A program made the position numbers and the translations under genes. DNA of 64,000 nucleotides from Oligoflexales bacterium (lineage in GTDB: Bacteria; Bdellovibrionota_B; Oligoflexia; Oligoflexales; Bog-1112). The stretch covers positions 1-64,000 of the forward strand of contig JBGCDR010000034.1 in the NCBI GenBank assembly GCA_045105515.1, given 5' to 3'. The notes beneath the pieces were generated by a model, which worked only from the letters and a program-made list of their open reading frames with translations, was not told where the DNA came from and made no database searches. Below are positions 22,172 to 33,323 of the stretch, piece after piece (position 1 is the stretch's first letter; each line of letters opens with the position of its first letter).

Positions 22172-22822
22172 TTATCGTGAGCCTTCAAAACCTTTGACGA
22201 CGCCTCTAATTTCATTAAAAACGTCCATTGGATTTCTGGCCCCATCGACTTTATAGTAGAGATTCCTATCTTTATAGTAGTTCAATACGGGTGCAGTCTG
22301 TTCTTCGTAAACACCTAACCTAACCCGGATCTTGTCTTCCTGGTCGTCAGTTCTAGTTACAACATCGCCACCACATTTATCACACACACCCTCTTTTTCA
22401 GGGGCTTTATTCATGATGTGATAGGTTTCACCACAAGCACTGCAAACACGCCTCCCGCCCAAACGCTGAAGAAGATTTTCCTCTGCTACGTGTATATGGA
22501 TTGCCCCATTTACAGGGTAGGTCTGCTCTAACTTTTCCAAAGTACCGGCTTGGGCCAAATTCCTTGGATAACCATCAAGTAAGACCATTTCGTTGGAGTG
22601 TTCTTCAAGCTCCCGTTGCAGAATTCCAAGCAAGACCTCGTCAGGAACCAGTTTTCCTTCGCTTACAAAGGACTCCGCTTGTTTTCCAATTTCTGTCTTT
22701 AATGCCATGTGCCTTCGAAGAGCATCTCCTGTGGAGACTTTATAGCAACCCAAGTGCTCGACCAGTAGGTCGGCTTGAGTTCCTTTCCCCGCACCCGGGG
22801 CCCCGATCAACACAAAAATCAT
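22172..22822 (-). CDS. adk: adenylate kinase (Zn LID)
   Basis: GAPGAGKGTQA, STGDALR, LDGYPR, CSAC/CDKC. Confidence 0.98.
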   Translation of the reverse strand: MIFVLIGAPGAGKGTQADLLVEHLGCYKVSTGDALRRHMALKTEIGKQAESFVSEGKLVPDEVLLGILQRELEEHSNEMVLLDGYPRNLAQAGTLEKLEQTYPVNGAIHIHVAEENLLQRLGGRRVCSACGETYHIMNKAPEKEGVCDKCGGDVVTRTDDQEDKIRVRLGVYEEQTAPVLNYYKDRNLYYKVDGARNPMDVFNEIRGVVKGFEGSR

Positions 22823-24144
22823 ATTCCACCACCTCTTCTAGCTTTGATGGTTCCCTGTTTAAGGAATGCATCGTAGCGAAGAGACTGCCTGTGTGCGTCG
22901 ATCTGTCGAAAAGTCTCGAGAGCTACACCAACTACAATTAACAAACTAGTTCCACCGAAATAGAATTGAACGTTAAATCTCCCGGTAAGAATAGTAGGGA
23001 AAACGCAAATAGCTGAAAGATAGATACCACCAACCAAGGTAAGTCTATTTAACACCTTGTGTAAATATTCCGCAGTCCTTGCCCCAGGCCTGATACCAGG
23101 GACAAATCCACCATGCTTCTTCAAATTTTCAGCAACATCATCCGCTTTGAAAGTAATTGATGTATAGAAAAAAGCAAAAAACACGATCAAACTTACATAA
23201 ACAGTATTATAGAGCCAACCTCCTGGGATAAAGGCGAGATTAATAAATTCAGCTATAAAACTGTCGGGCTTGATCGCAGCTATTGTGACTGGGAATTGTA
23301 ACAGTGAGCTTGCAAAAATTGGGGGAATTACTCCTGCCGTATTCACTCTGATTGGAAGATGTGAGGACTGTCCTCCATAAATCTTCCGCCCTACCTGACG
23401 TTTTGCATACTGAACGGGAATTTGCCTTGCTCCCTGTTCCATAAAAACAACACCTGCTACGACTGCAACGCAAACCGTTGTCATCAGAATTATTCTGAAA
23501 AGGTCCATCTGTTGGCTTGTATATTGAGTATAAGTATTTGCAACAACACCCGGTAAGCCTGCAACAATACCGGCAAAAATTATCAGAGAAATGCCATTCC
23601 CAACGCCTTTTTCAGTTATTTGCTCACCCAGCCACATTACAAAGGCTGTACCAGCAGCAAGAGAGATCACAGTCATGACCTTCCAGACAACACTTGCGTC
23701 CATTACTAAAGGACCACCATTAAATTCGGAGCTAGCCAATGTGGCTGACATCATATACCCCTGAATAACAGCGAGTAATACTGTCCCATACCTTGTATAC
23801 TGGGTAATTTTCTTTCTACCAGCCTCTCCCTCTTTGGACAACATTTCCAAATGAGGTACGACCACTGTTAACAACTGAGAAATAATAGATGCAGAGATAT
23901 AAGGCATCACACCGAGGGCGAACACGCTGAAACGCTCGAGGGCACCACCGGAAAACATGTTAAACATACCAAAGAGATTTGCTCCCTGGGACTGGAAAAA
24001 CTCACCTAATAAATAGGTATCCACACCAGGAATAGGTATATGAACACCAATTCTATACAGTGCTAGAAAGAATAGGGTGAACATAATCTTTTTCTGGAGA
24101 TGGTTTATTCGGCCTTCTGGAAGCTTCTGGATGGGGCTAGCCAC
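22819..24144 (-). CDS. secY: preprotein translocase SecY
   Basis: LGVMPYISASII, GVGNGISLIIF, GVIPPIFASS, PGIRPG, GGTSLLIVVGV. Confidence 0.99.
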   Translation of the reverse strand: MASPIQKLPEGRINHLQKKIMFTLFFLALYRIGVHIPIPGVDTYLLGEFFQSQGANLFGMFNMFSGGALERFSVFALGVMPYISASIISQLLTVVVPHLEMLSKEGEAGRKKITQYTRYGTVLLAVIQGYMMSATLASSEFNGGPLVMDASVVWKVMTVISLAAGTAFVMWLGEQITEKGVGNGISLIIFAGIVAGLPGVVANTYTQYTSQQMDLFRIILMTTVCVAVVAGVVFMEQGARQIPVQYAKRQVGRKIYGGQSSHLPIRVNTAGVIPPIFASSLLQFPVTIAAIKPDSFIAEFINLAFIPGGWLYNTVYVSLIVFFAFFYTSITFKADDVAENLKKHGGFVPGIRPGARTAEYLHKVLNRLTLVGGIYLSAICVFPTILTGRFNVQFYFGGTSLLIVVGVALETFRQIDAHRQSLRYDAFLKQGTIKARRGGGI

Positions 24145-24146
24145 AA

Positions 24147-24593
24147 TTAGATCTCCTGTGTTGAACCGCCTATACCTTCAATTGCTGCCTTTGCACTCTT
24201 GCTAAATTTTGCCGCCTTTACAGTCAGCTTTTTCTCAATTTTACCATCGCCCAAAATTTTAACTGGGTGTTTGAGATTTCTAACCAATCCGGCTTTAACC
24301 AATGCTTCGCCATCGATCACTGCATTGCTTTCAAAGGACTCTAAGTCGGCAAGATTTACGATATGAAAATGCTTCATATTTCGAGTATTCTTGAAACCGT
24401 ACTTAGGTAAACGACGATAAAGTGGAGTTTGCCCACCTTCGAAACCGGGTGCAATACCACCCCCCTTTCTCGCCTTTTGGCCCTTGTGACCTTTACCTGC
24501 TGTTTTACCTTGTCCACTAGCTGGGCCGCGACCTAATCGCTTTTTATCTTTGTTTGACCCTTTAGCAGGACTCAAATTTCCTAAGTTCTTCAT
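24147..24593 (-). CDS. rplO: 50S ribosomal protein L15
   Basis: [24 protein letters not shown]. Confidence 0.99.
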   Translation of the reverse strand: MKNLGNLSPAKGSNKDKKRLGRGPASGQGKTAGKGHKGQKARKGGGIAPGFEGGQTPLYRRLPKYGFKNTRNMKHFHIVNLADLESFESNAVIDGEALVKAGLVRNLKHPVKILGDGKIEKKLTVKAAKFSKSAKAAIEGIGGSTQEI

Positions 24594-24612
24594 AAAGACA
24601 CCTATTCATCAA

Positions 24613-24801
24613 CTATTCAGAAATTAATTCATATTTAACAAGGTGACTAACTTTATTTACCATCCCACGAATGCAATTATTGTCCTTGTGAGTGCGGGAT
24701 GAGCCAATACCTTTTAAGCCCAGACCAATCAAAACTTTTTCCATGGTTTTTGGATTGGCAATTGTGCTACGAACCTGCGTTACTTTGATCTTCTGTCCCA
24801 T
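24613..24801 (-). CDS. rpmD: 50S ribosomal protein L30
   Basis: IKVTQVRS, GLGL, IRGMVNKVSHLV; position. Confidence 0.96.
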   Translation of the reverse strand: MGQKIKVTQVRSTIANPKTMEKVLIGLGLKGIGSSRTHKDNNCIRGMVNKVSHLVKYELISE

Positions 24802-24828
24802 TGGACTAACTCCAAATATAATTGTGCA

Positions 24829-25380
24829 TTAAGCTTCTGCTTGTTTTCCTGTTTCTGCATGCCTAATTTGCTGTAGGCCCTCTGCAGGAACTCCACGAGC
24901 ATCAGCATACTGCTCGATAGTCATTAGTTGTCTAAGACCATCAATAGTAGCCCGTACCACATTGTGAGCGTTCTTAGAACCATGTACTTTACATACAATA
25001 TCCTGTAAGCCACTTAATTCTACAAGCGTACGGACGGCACCACCAGCAATTATACCTTTACCAGTTTTTGCTGGATACATCCTGACCCGCGAGGCTCCGA
25101 AACGGCCGTCAACTTCAAATGGTAAGGTACCTTTGACCTGAGAGACGTCGATCAAACTTTTTTTAGCTTGCTCCGATGCCTTCTTAATAGCGTCGGGAAC
25201 TTCTCCAGCCTTTCCAACTCCAAAACCTACTTTGCTCTTACCATCACCGACGACCACGAGTGCACTGAAGCTAAAGCGTCTACCGCCCTTAACTACTTTG
25301 GCAACTCGGTTGATTGCTACGACACGATCTTGAAAACCGTCGGTTTCTTTTTCCTTAAAGTTAGACAATGTTAGCTCCAA
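24829..25380 (-). CDS. rpsE: 30S ribosomal protein S5
   Basis: [23 protein letters not shown]. Confidence 0.99.
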   Translation of the reverse strand: MELTLSNFKEKETDGFQDRVVAINRVAKVVKGGRRFSFSALVVVGDGKSKVGFGVGKAGEVPDAIKKASEQAKKSLIDVSQVKGTLPFEVDGRFGASRVRMYPAKTGKGIIAGGAVRTLVELSGLQDIVCKVHGSKNAHNVVRATIDGLRQLMTIEQYADARGVPAEGLQQIRHAETGKQAEA

Positions 25381-25428
25381 CGCTATGAGTAATCAGAACA
25401 GATACTGTTCGAAATTTATAAATCAATC

Positions 25429-25788
25429 CTAGAAAACCAATCCACCTTCACGCGCACCGTCTGCTAAGGCTTTAACGCGACCATGATACTGGTTACCATT
25501 TTTATCGAAAACGATCTTTTCAATGCTTTTTTCTTTACAACGAGCAGCTATCAACTTGCCAATTTCACCACAAACTTCTGTATTGGCATTTCGATGGTTA
25601 CCCTTTTCAAAAGAGCTTGCTGAGACTAAAGTTTTGCCGGCAGTATCGTCGATGACCTGCGCGTAAACGTGTCTAGCTGACTTGAAAACAGAGAGCCGAG
25701 GTCTAGCCTCAGTACCGTTCACCTTTTGACGGACTCTTTTTTTCCGCTTAATTTTCAAATACTGTTTTCTTTTGACTTTATTATCCAT
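25429..25788 (-). CDS. rplR: 50S ribosomal protein L18
   Basis: [33 protein letters not shown]; start set to ATG 25788. Confidence 0.98.
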   Translation of the reverse strand: MDNKVKRKQYLKIKRKKRVRQKVNGTEARPRLSVFKSARHVYAQVIDDTAGKTLVSASSFEKGNHRNANTEVCGEIGKLIAARCKEKSIEKIVFDKNGNQYHGRVKALADGAREGGLVF

Positions 25789-25812
25789 GGCTATCGGCCC
25801 GTACAATTAAGG

Positions 25813-26364
25813 TTATTTTTTACCTGCTGATTTACCTACTTTGGTGACAATGACTTCATCAACATAGCGAACGCCTTTTCCATGATATGGCTCAGGCTTC
25901 CTGAATGCTCTTATATTAGCAGCAGTTTGACCGACCAATTCTTTATCAGCCCCACTCACTACCACCATTGGGTCTTTACCCAGCTTATCCACTTTAATTT
26001 CAATTCCCTGCGGAATTGGATACACGACAGGATGGCTGTACCCTAAGGTCAACTGAAGGTCTTTACCAGCCACTGCTGCTCTGTAACCTACACCTCGTAA
26101 CAAGAGCCTTTTTGAAAAGCCATTCTTAACACCTTCAACCATATTATTTACAAGGCTGCGAGTTAAACCATGATAATTAACTTCTGGCTTATCTTCTCTT
26201 GCAGGCACAACTTTAAGAACAGAACCTTCTAGTTCAAGCTTCATCGTCGGATGAATTTTCCTAGCCAAGTCACCTTTTGGGCCTTTAACGGCAATGTTAA
26301 GTCCATCGACTTTGACTTCAACGCCAGAAGGCACGCTTATTTCTTTTTTGCCGATACGCGACAT
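25813..26364 (-). CDS. rplF: 50S ribosomal protein L6
   Basis: MSRIGK, GVGYRA, LGYSHP, PEPYHGKGVRY. Confidence 0.99.
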   Translation of the reverse strand: MSRIGKKEISVPSGVEVKVDGLNIAVKGPKGDLARKIHPTMKLELEGSVLKVVPAREDKPEVNYHGLTRSLVNNMVEGVKNGFSKRLLLRGVGYRAAVAGKDLQLTLGYSHPVVYPIPQGIEIKVDKLGKDPMVVVSGADKELVGQTAANIRAFRKPEPYHGKGVRYVDEVIVTKVGKSAGKK

Positions 26365-26382
26365 TCTTATTACCTCAATCTT

Positions 26383-26787
26383 TTAATAAACGGAACAGAG
26401 GTACTCACCACCAATGTTTCTTTTCCTAGCTTCCCGACAGGTCATAACTCCCTGCGATGTAGAAAGTATACCGATACCAAAGCCATTTTTTACATATGGT
26501 ACCGTCTGGGAAGTGACGTAACGCCTACAACCCGGCTTACTTTCCCTTTTTAATGACTCGATAACACCACTTTGCGTAGCACCTTCGCGGTATTTTAAAG
26601 CAATCTTAATGATGCCTTGCTTATTATCTCTGACACATTTATAGGCTCTGATAAACCCTTCTTGCTTTAGCAAATGTGTCACAGCTATTTTCATTTTTGA
26701 TGCCGGGACCGTAACAACATCAAAGCCAGCTTTCTGGCCGTTACGAATCCTGGTTAAAAGATCAGCAATAGGATCTGTAATATTCAT
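26383..26787 (-). CDS. rpsH: 30S ribosomal protein S8
   Basis: TDPIADLLTRIRN, SKPGCRRY, STSQG, GGE; start set to ATG 26787. Confidence 0.99.
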   Translation of the reverse strand: MNITDPIADLLTRIRNGQKAGFDVVTVPASKMKIAVTHLLKQEGFIRAYKCVRDNKQGIIKIALKYREGATQSGVIESLKRESKPGCRRYVTSQTVPYVKNGFGIGILSTSQGVMTCREARKRNIGGEYLCSVY

Positions 26788-26813
26788 TGCCCATAAACTC
26801 CAATCAAACGTCG

Positions 26814-26999
26814 TTACCAAGAAGCCTTAAGAACACCTGGCAAAAACCCTTTTAGAGCCATGGTTCTAAAACAAATACGACACAATCCAAATTTTCTATA
26901 AACAGCCTTAGGTCGACCACAAGTATTACAACGGGTATAGCTGCGTGTCGAAAACTTCGGCTTCCTTTTTGCTTTTTCAATTAAAGCTTTTCTAGCCAC
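26814..26999 (-). CDS. rpsN: 30S ribosomal protein S14 (Zn-binding type Z)
   Basis: 61 aa, [19 protein letters not shown]. Confidence 0.99.
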   Translation of the reverse strand: MARKALIEKAKRKPKFSTRSYTRCNTCGRPKAVYRKFGLCRICFRTMALKGFLPGVLKASW

Positions 27000-27007
27000 G
27001 GTGACTC

Positions 27008-27556
27008 CTACTTACGAAAAGGAAAGTTAAATTTATTTAGCAGAGCTTTCCCCTGAACATCATCTTTTGCTGAGGTTACGATAGTTACACCTAAACCTCT
27101 AACACGATCAACCTTGTCATAATCGATTTCAGGAAATACGATCTGCTCTTTTAACCCCAGGGTGTAGTTGCCACGCCCATCGAAAGCCTTAGGTGAGTAA
27201 CCGCGAAAGTCTCTTATACGGGGTATTGCAATATTTATCAACCTCTCAAGGAATTCATACATTCTTTTTCCTCGTAAGGTGACACTACAACCAATTGGCA
27301 TCCCGTCACGTAACTTAAAGCCAGCAATACTCTTCTTTGCTTTAGTCATAACAGGTTTTTGACCAGTGATATTAGTCAAATCAGTCACAGCAGCTTCTAA
27401 AAATTTGATGTTCTGTACTGCTTCTCCTTGACCGCAATTAACCACGACCTTCTCAATACGAGGAACAGTCATCACATTCTTAATTCCAAGCTCCTTCTGA
27501 AGCTCCGGAACTATATCCTGATACACTTTCAAATATCTTGGCACGTAACTAGCCAC
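27008..27556 (-). CDS. rplE: 50S ribosomal protein L5
   Basis: [35 protein letters not shown]. Confidence 0.99.
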   Translation of the reverse strand: MASYVPRYLKVYQDIVPELQKELGIKNVMTVPRIEKVVVNCGQGEAVQNIKFLEAAVTDLTNITGQKPVMTKAKKSIAGFKLRDGMPIGCSVTLRGKRMYEFLERLINIAIPRIRDFRGYSPKAFDGRGNYTLGLKEQIVFPEIDYDKVDRVRGLGVTIVTSAKDDVQGKALLNKFNFPFRK

Positions 27557-27595
27557 TTTAATCTCTCCAAATCAGGTCTTACCTGGGTAATAATA

Positions 27596-27967
27596 TTAGA
27601 GAACTTCCGGAGCAAGCGAAGCAATACGGACGTAACCCTTATTTCTAACTTCTCTTGAAACAGGTCCAAATATACGAGTTCCGACCGGCTCATTGTCCTT
27701 GCCTTTGATCAGAACACAAGCATTCTCATCAAAACGAATGGTAGATCCATCCTTCCGGGTAATTGGTGCAGCAGTTCTCACGATAACTGCTTTATGGACT
27801 GAGCCTTTTTTAACCTTACTATTAGCAAGAGCTTCTTTTATAGAAACCATAATCACATCACCGACTCCAGCTGTCAGACGCTTACTGCCACCTAGTACTT
27901 TGATGCACTTTACTTGCTTCGCACCGGAGTTATCTCCAGCCTTTAATACTGATTCCATTTGTATCAT
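27596..27967 (-). CDS. rplN: 50S ribosomal protein L14
   Basis: MIQ...[21 protein letters not shown]; start set to ATG 27967. Confidence 0.99.
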   Translation of the reverse strand: MIQMESVLKAGDNSGAKQVKCIKVLGGSKRLTAGVGDVIMVSIKEALANSKVKKGSVHKAVIVRTAAPITRKDGSTIRFDENACVLIKGKDNEPVGTRIFGPVSREVRNKGYVRIASLAPEVL

Positions 27968-28005
27968 GGTATTCGCCCCAATTAACAAGTCACAGACTTG
28001 TTGCC

Positions 28006-28275
28006 TTATTCTTTAGCCTCTTTCACGATGCTCAAAAGTCGAAAACTTTTACGCGCACTGATTGGTCTTGATGGTGTTATCAGAACTTCATCGCCAAGCT
28101 TTGATGCGTTCTTCTCATCGTGAAACATGAACTTTGTTGTTTTTTTGATATATTTTCCAACTACGGGATGCTTAACCATTCGTTCTACAGTTACAACCCG
28201 TGTCTTTTCCATCTTCGCGCTGGTTACTACACCGCGGACTGACTTTTGTTTTTTTACTTCACCGCTCACTTGCAC
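28006..28275 (-). CDS. rpsQ: 30S ribosomal protein S17
   Basis: [23 protein letters not shown]. Confidence 0.98.
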   Translation of the reverse strand: MQVSGEVKKQKSVRGVVTSAKMEKTRVVTVERMVKHPVVGKYIKKTTKFMFHDEKNASKLGDEVLITPSRPISARKSFRLLSIVKEAKE

Positions 28276-28280
28276 ACCTT

Positions 28281-28496
28281 TTAATGAGATGATTGATTCA
28301 TCAAATTTCTTTTGAAAGTCATAACCCTTGCGAGGTTTTTCTTTAAGTTTTTAACCTTCCCAGTGTGAAGCTTTTTATCGGTAAAAATATCTAGGCGAAC
28401 TTTTGCAAGTTCTTTCCTTATGTCCACCTCAACTTCATTTAACCTGGCTCGGTCAAAGCTGCTAATATCATCTTTTTTCAGTTTCTCTAGTTCCAT
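28281..28496 (-). CDS. rpmC: 50S ribosomal protein L29 (divergent)
   Basis: between rplP and rpsQ; RKELAKVR, KKNLARVMT. Confidence 0.9.
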   Translation of the reverse strand: MELEKLKKDDISSFDRARLNEVEVDIRKELAKVRLDIFTDKKLHTGKVKNLKKNLARVMTFKRNLMNQSSH

Positions 28497-28505
28497 GATC
28501 TTTCC

Positions 28506-28928
28506 TTAGATCCAAGGGTCATCATTTTTTACTAACAATCGGGTCTTGACGGGGAGCTTAGCTGCTGCGAGCTGCAGAGCTTCGACCGCAAGTTCTTTTT
28601 CAATCCCACCAATTTCATATAGAACCCGACCTGGGCGCACTTTAGCGGCATAATGATCTACAGAACCCTTACCCTTACCCATTCGTACTTCAGCAGGCTT
28701 TTTGCTAACTGGAGTATCTGGAAAGATCTTTATCCAGACTTGACCACCACGTTTGGTCTTTCTGGTCATGGCTATCCTGGCCGCTTCTATCTGCCGAGCA
28801 GTTATACGCCCTCCTTCGAGAGACATCAAGCCAAATTCGCCGAAAGCAAGATGATTACCAGTTTGAGCTTGCCCTCGAATCCTGCGCTTTTGCTGCTTTC
28901 TAAATTTCATTTTTTTTGGCGCTAACAT
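28506..28928 (-). CDS. rplP: 50S ribosomal protein L16
   Basis: [25 protein letters not shown]. Confidence 0.99.
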   Translation of the reverse strand: MLAPKKMKFRKQQKRRIRGQAQTGNHLAFGEFGLMSLEGGRITARQIEAARIAMTRKTKRGGQVWIKIFPDTPVSKKPAEVRMGKGKGSVDHYAAKVRPGRVLYEIGGIEKELAVEALQLAAAKLPVKTRLLVKNDDPWI

Positions 28929-28958
28929 TGACCTTCTCCTTGCAACTACGTCTAAGAC

Positions 28959-29600
28959 TTATGCCTTATCAAGTATCTCGCCGTTAAAAATCCAAACTTT
29001 AATCCCAATAAGACCATAAGTTGTAAGCGCTTCCGCCGTACCGTAGTCAATATCAGCTCTCAATGTATGCAAAGGAACCCGGCCTTCATGATAACGTTCT
29101 ACACGCGACATGTCAGCTCCGCCGAGACGGCCAGAACATTGTACCTTAATCCCTTTAGCACCTGCTTTTATAGCGCTTGCAATCGCCTTTTTCATAGCTC
29201 TTCGGAAGGACACACGGCGTTCTAACTGCTGGCGAATGCTGTCAGATACGATTTGCGCGTCGGTATCAGGCTTCTTGACTTCATACACGTTAAGCGTAGG
29301 TTCAGCTGAACTGATCTTACAGATCTTAACAAGCTCATCTTTTAAAGCTTCTGCTCCAGCACCTTTTTTACCAATGATAATTCCTGGGCGATTACTGTAG
29401 ATATTCACTTTAAGATTCTTCGCCGCCCGCTCAATATCAACCTTAGCTACTCCAGCTGCAGCAAATTTCTTTGCGATGTACTTGCGAATTGCAACATCTT
29501 CAGAAACAAAATTCGCATAGTTCTTAGCTGCATACCAACGTGAAGACCAAGTCTTGACTACACCTAAACGAAAACCAGTTGGATGTACTTTTTGTCCCAC
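28959..29600 (-). CDS. rpsC: 30S ribosomal protein S3
   Basis: [34 protein letters not shown]. Confidence 0.99.
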   Translation of the reverse strand: MGQKVHPTGFRLGVVKTWSSRWYAAKNYANFVSEDVAIRKYIAKKFAAAGVAKVDIERAAKNLKVNIYSNRPGIIIGKKGAGAEALKDELVKICKISSAEPTLNVYEVKKPDTDAQIVSDSIRQQLERRVSFRRAMKKAIASAIKAGAKGIKVQCSGRLGGADMSRVERYHEGRVPLHTLRADIDYGTAEALTTYGLIGIKVWIFNGEILDKA

Positions 29601-29617
29601 CGACCTATTCCTTCCAA

Positions 29618-29956
29618 TTAGAGCTCTTTCAGCTCAACTGTTATATGTGACGTTCTTTTGCGAATTGGTGTTGCTCTTCCTTGAGCTCGTGGAAGAAAGC
29701 GCTTCATAGTAGGACCTTCATCTACAAACACCTCATTCACAACCAAATGATCAACGTCTACTGTTGCTACATTTTGTGCGTTAGCGATTGCTGAGTTAAT
29801 CATCTTAGCAACCACTGGGGCAGCTCTCTTATTTGTAAATTTAAGAATGTCCAAGGCATCTTGCACATGCTTACCGCGAACAAGGTCGACAACCAATCGC
29901 GCTTTACGAGGAGCAATCCTCACTGCTTTTAAATATGACTTATAGGCTTCTGTCAT
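29618..29956 (-). CDS. rplV: 50S ribosomal protein L22
   Basis: [30 protein letters not shown]. Confidence 0.99.
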   Translation of the reverse strand: MTEAYKSYLKAVRIAPRKARLVVDLVRGKHVQDALDILKFTNKRAAPVVAKMINSAIANAQNVATVDVDHLVVNEVFVDEGPTMKRFLPRAQGRATPIRKRTSHITVELKEL

Positions 29957-29988
29957 GACTCTATATCCCTAACTTACGCATTTAGCGA

Positions 29989-30252
29989 TTACTTTTTGCC
30001 AGTTTTAACATGGCCTTTGTAGTTCCTAGTCGGTGAGAACTCACCAAGCTTGTGCCCCACCATATCTTCATTTACGTAAACAGGGACAAACTTTTTGCCA
30101 TTATGAACAGCAAACGTCAAGCCAACAAAATCAGGAAGAATAGTAGATCGTCTACTCCACGTCTTTACTGGTTTTTTGTCTTGCTTAGCCTGCTCAACTT
30201 TCTTGAGCAAATAATCATCAACAAATGGGCCTTTTTTTATCGAACGAGCCAC
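29989..30252 (-). CDS. rpsS: 30S ribosomal protein S19
   Basis: [29 protein letters not shown]. Confidence 0.99.
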   Translation of the reverse strand: MARSIKKGPFVDDYLLKKVEQAKQDKKPVKTWSRRSTILPDFVGLTFAVHNGKKFVPVYVNEDMVGHKLGEFSPTRNYKGHVKTGKK

Positions 30253-30268
30253 AAAAGCCTCCTAAATA

Positions 30269-31093
30269 TTATTTCTTGCGTCTTTTGATAATCAGTTTAT
30301 CAGTCCGCTTGTTCTTACGGGTTTTATGACCTTTAGTCGGCACAGCCCATGGAGTAACCGGATGACGACCACCAGAAGTACGACCCTCTCCACCACCATG
30401 CGGGTGATCAACAGGGTTCATTGCAACACCCCTAACCGTAGGCCTGAAACCAAGCTTTCTTGCTTTACCAGCTTTACCAAGCTTAGTATTAGAGTGGTCA
30501 CTATTACTCACCACTCCAATGGTAGCTACACAGACTTCCGGTATCTTACGGAGCTCACCTGATGGCATCTTTAACTGAGCATAGCCTTCAGTTCTACCAG
30601 CCAATTGACAACGACCACCAGCTGAGCGGGCGAGCTGCCCACCTTTACCAGGGCGCATTTCAACGTTATGAACCATAGTACCGATAGGAATGTTCTTTAA
30701 AGGCATCGCATTGCCAGGCTTGATATCTGCCTGACTTGACGCAAGGACCTTGTCACCTTTTTTTAAGCCTTCAGGATGGATAATGTATCGCCTTTCACCA
30801 TCAGCATACAAAATCCTAGCGATAAATGCAGTACGGTTAGGATCGTATTCTATATACTCGACCTTACCAACAATATCCATTTTGTTGCGTTTAAAATCGA
30901 TTACTCGATAAGCACGCTTAACTCGCCCACCCCTATGACGAACCGTAATACGGCCAGTATTGTTACGCCCACTTTTACGGCTTAAGCTTTCTGTAAGCGG
31001 CTTGTAGGGCTCAACTTTATCAAGGCAGCTATAGTCAACTACAGCCATCCCTCTCTGACCAGGAGTCATTCCTCTGTAAATCTTCATACCCAT
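30269..31093 (-). CDS. rplB: 50S ribosomal protein L2
   Basis: [30 protein letters not shown]. Confidence 0.99.
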   Translation of the reverse strand: MGMKIYRGMTPGQRGMAVVDYSCLDKVEPYKPLTESLSRKSGRNNTGRITVRHRGGRVKRAYRVIDFKRNKMDIVGKVEYIEYDPNRTAFIARILYADGERRYIIHPEGLKKGDKVLASSQADIKPGNAMPLKNIPIGTMVHNVEMRPGKGGQLARSAGGRCQLAGRTEGYAQLKMPSGELRKIPEVCVATIGVVSNSDHSNTKLGKAGKARKLGFRPTVRGVAMNPVDHPHGGGEGRTSGGRHPVTPWAVPTKGHKTRKNKRTDKLIIKRRKK

Positions 31094-31116
31094 ATCGATC
31101 AGCTCTCTTTTCGCTA

Positions 31117-31401
31117 TTAGCCTTCAAAAATATCTAGCTTTTGACCTTGATGAAGCGTAACAACCGCTTTCTTTTTATTTCTACTCATGCTCACATGCAT
31201 CCCTTTACGTCGCATTTTACCGCGGGTGATGCAGGTATTCACACTTGCAACTTTTACATCAAACATAGCTTCTACTGCTGCTTTAACATCAAGCTTACTT
31301 GCGTCACGCTTGATTTCGAAGGTGTACTTTGATTCCCGTTCTCTGGTAGCATCGCTTTTCTCAGACAAGACCGGTCTTACGATTACACTGTAAGGATTCA
31401 T
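31117..31401 (-). CDS. rplW: 50S ribosomal protein L23
   Basis: [27 protein letters not shown]. Confidence 0.98.
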   Translation of the reverse strand: MNPYSVIVRPVLSEKSDATRERESKYTFEIKRDASKLDVKAAVEAMFDVKVASVNTCITRGKMRRKGMHVSMSRNKKKAVVTLHQGQKLDIFEG

Positions 31402-32024
31402 TACTTCTCACCTCCAAACCTTTGCTCAAGCGCCTTGAGAGCAGTTTCGCTAAGAACAAGAGTCTCATGACGGAGAACTTGCTCAGCATTCATTTCGCTG
31501 GAAAGCACCGCATCAACCTTGTGAATATTCCTAGCAGAACGGTAAAGGAAGTCATCCTTACGCTCATCTGCAAGCAAAGCATTACTACTGAAGACTTTAA
31601 GAGCCCCAACAATATGCTTGGTGCTGTAACTGTTGACAGCAAAATCATCAACCAATATCAGCTTGTTATGCTTAACCTTGTCACTCAAGGCAATCTTAAG
31701 AGCAAGCTGCTTAACTTTTTTATTTACTTGCTGACGATAATCTCTCGGCTGCGGTCCGTGGCAAGTTGCACCACCTGGCATAAGAGGAGAACGACTACTC
31801 CCTTGACGAGCATTACCAGTCCCCTTTTGCCGAAAAGGCTTCTTACCGCCACCTGAAACCAAACTTCTGGTTTTAGTAGCATGAGTTCCTTGCCGCCTAT
31901 TCGCACGATACGCTTTAACAACTGAATGCAAAACCGCCTCGTTCATATCCACACCGTAGATGTACTCGGGAAGGTCATAGTCTTTGACCTTGTCTCCCTT
32001 GATGTTTACTACATCCCATTTCAT
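31401..32024 (-). CDS. rplD: 50S ribosomal protein L4
   Basis: RQGTHATKTR, KPFRQKGTGNARQGS, GPQPRDY. Confidence 0.99.
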   Translation of the reverse strand: MKWDVVNIKGDKVKDYDLPEYIYGVDMNEAVLHSVVKAYRANRRQGTHATKTRSLVSGGGKKPFRQKGTGNARQGSSRSPLMPGGATCHGPQPRDYRQQVNKKVKQLALKIALSDKVKHNKLILVDDFAVNSYSTKHIVGALKVFSSNALLADERKDDFLYRSARNIHKVDAVLSSEMNAEQVLRHETLVLSETALKALEQRFGGEK

Positions 32025-32050
32025 GATTCTTTCCTCACTCTCAGGGGCTC

Positions 32051-32698
32051 TTACTTCTTGTTAGTAGGCCTAATTTCCAATAAACCCTCACGGTGACCAG
32101 GAACCGACCCCTTAATAGCGATCAGGTTGTTTTCGGTGTCCACATCCATAACTCGCACGTTTTTAACGGTGCGAGCTGCGACACCCATATGGCCAGGTTG
32201 GTGCTTATTTTTATACACGCGCCCCGGAGTGGTACACTGCCCCAAAGAGCCTGGTCGCCTATGAAAACGTGAGCCATGAGTCATACGCCCAATACTCGCA
32301 TTCCAACGCTTAACAGCTCCCTGAAACCCTCGACCTTTTGTGATGCCAGTAACGTCAACAGCTGCAACTTCTTTAAATTGCTCAGCAGACATTACCGCTC
32401 CAAGTTCAACAGAAAACTGCTCGGGCGTTCTAAACTCTCTGAATCGTGCAAAATTTTCTTCAATACTGTCTTTACGCAAGCGATTCACGTCAGCTTTAGT
32501 AAGATTTTTTTCAGATTTCTTAAAGAAGCCTACCTGAAAACCCTGATACCCGTTTTTTTCTGAGGTAAGGATTTTAGTAACCTTTTGCTCTTCTACTTTC
32601 AAAAGAGTCACCGGTATTAACTTACCATCAGTATCGACCATTCTGGTCATACCAACTTTTCTGACAATAAGTCCTTTATCGCTAATCTTCGCCATCAT
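32051..32698 (-). CDS. rplC: 50S ribosomal protein L3
   Basis: KVGMT, KGRGFQG, THGS, PGRV, KGSVPG; start likely ATG 32698 or 32695. Confidence 0.98.
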   Translation of the reverse strand: MMAKISDKGLIVRKVGMTRMVDTDGKLIPVTLLKVEEQKVTKILTSEKNGYQGFQVGFFKKSEKNLTKADVNRLRKDSIEENFARFREFRTPEQFSVELGAVMSAEQFKEVAAVDVTGITKGRGFQGAVKRWNASIGRMTHGSRFHRRPGSLGQCTTPGRVYKNKHQPGHMGVAARTVKNVRVMDVDTENNLIAIKGSVPGHREGLLEIRPTNKK

Positions 32699-32761
32699 GT
32701 AACCTATTCTGGTTGTTAAGCCTTGCACTTCAATTATTGGCTATCAAAGCCACATGCACCC

Positions 32762-33073
32762 TTAATAAAGCTTAATTTCCACATCAACCCCGGAAGCCAA
32801 ATCAAGCTTCATCAGAGCATCAATCGTTTGCTGCTTTGGTTCTAAAATATCTAAGACTCTTTTATGAGTCCTTACCTCAAACTGCTCTCTTGATTTCTTG
32901 TTAACGTGAGGACTACGCAATACAGTGTAACGATTAATCCCTGTAGGCAGAGGAACTGGTCCAGCAATACGCGCACCTGTGCGTTTCGCTCTCTCAATAA
33001 TTTCCGCAGCGGATCTATCAATCAACCTGTGGTCGTAACCACGCAAACGAATCCTGATCTTTTGGCTTTCCAT
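32762..33073 (-). CDS. rpsJ: 30S ribosomal protein S10
   Basis: [26 protein letters not shown]. Confidence 0.99.
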   Translation of the reverse strand: MESQKIRIRLRGYDHRLIDRSAAEIIERAKRTGARIAGPVPLPTGINRYTVLRSPHVNKKSREQFEVRTHKRVLDILEPKQQTIDALMKLDLASGVDVEIKLY

Positions 33074-33213
33074 TTTTTGAATGACCTTAATTGTCAGATT
33101 CTTAGGTAATAATCTTATCAGGGGCGGGAAGATTTCCGCGATACAATGGTATGACGCTTTTTCTAAACGGCATTGGCTTGCATTGCAGGCTTACCGCACC
33201 TGAAGAGAAAAAA

Positions 33214-33242
33214 TTAATAGATCATCGTAGAAAGTTTGTCAA
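33214..33242 (-). promoter_or_regulatory. sigma70 promoter of the S10 operon
   Basis: TTGACA-N17-TATTAA on the minus strand, about 140 nt upstream of rpsJ. Confidence 0.65.
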
Positions 33243-33323
33243 GGTTTTAAACTAAAATAGGAGCTATAATGAGACAAGTAACGAAAAATCATACCAAACC
33301 CACAATCTGATTTGGACACTTTC

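Noticed and set aside
19398..33109. Many short plus-strand ORFs across the ribosomal cluster
   Set aside because: Antisense to well-conserved genes, no recognisable motifs
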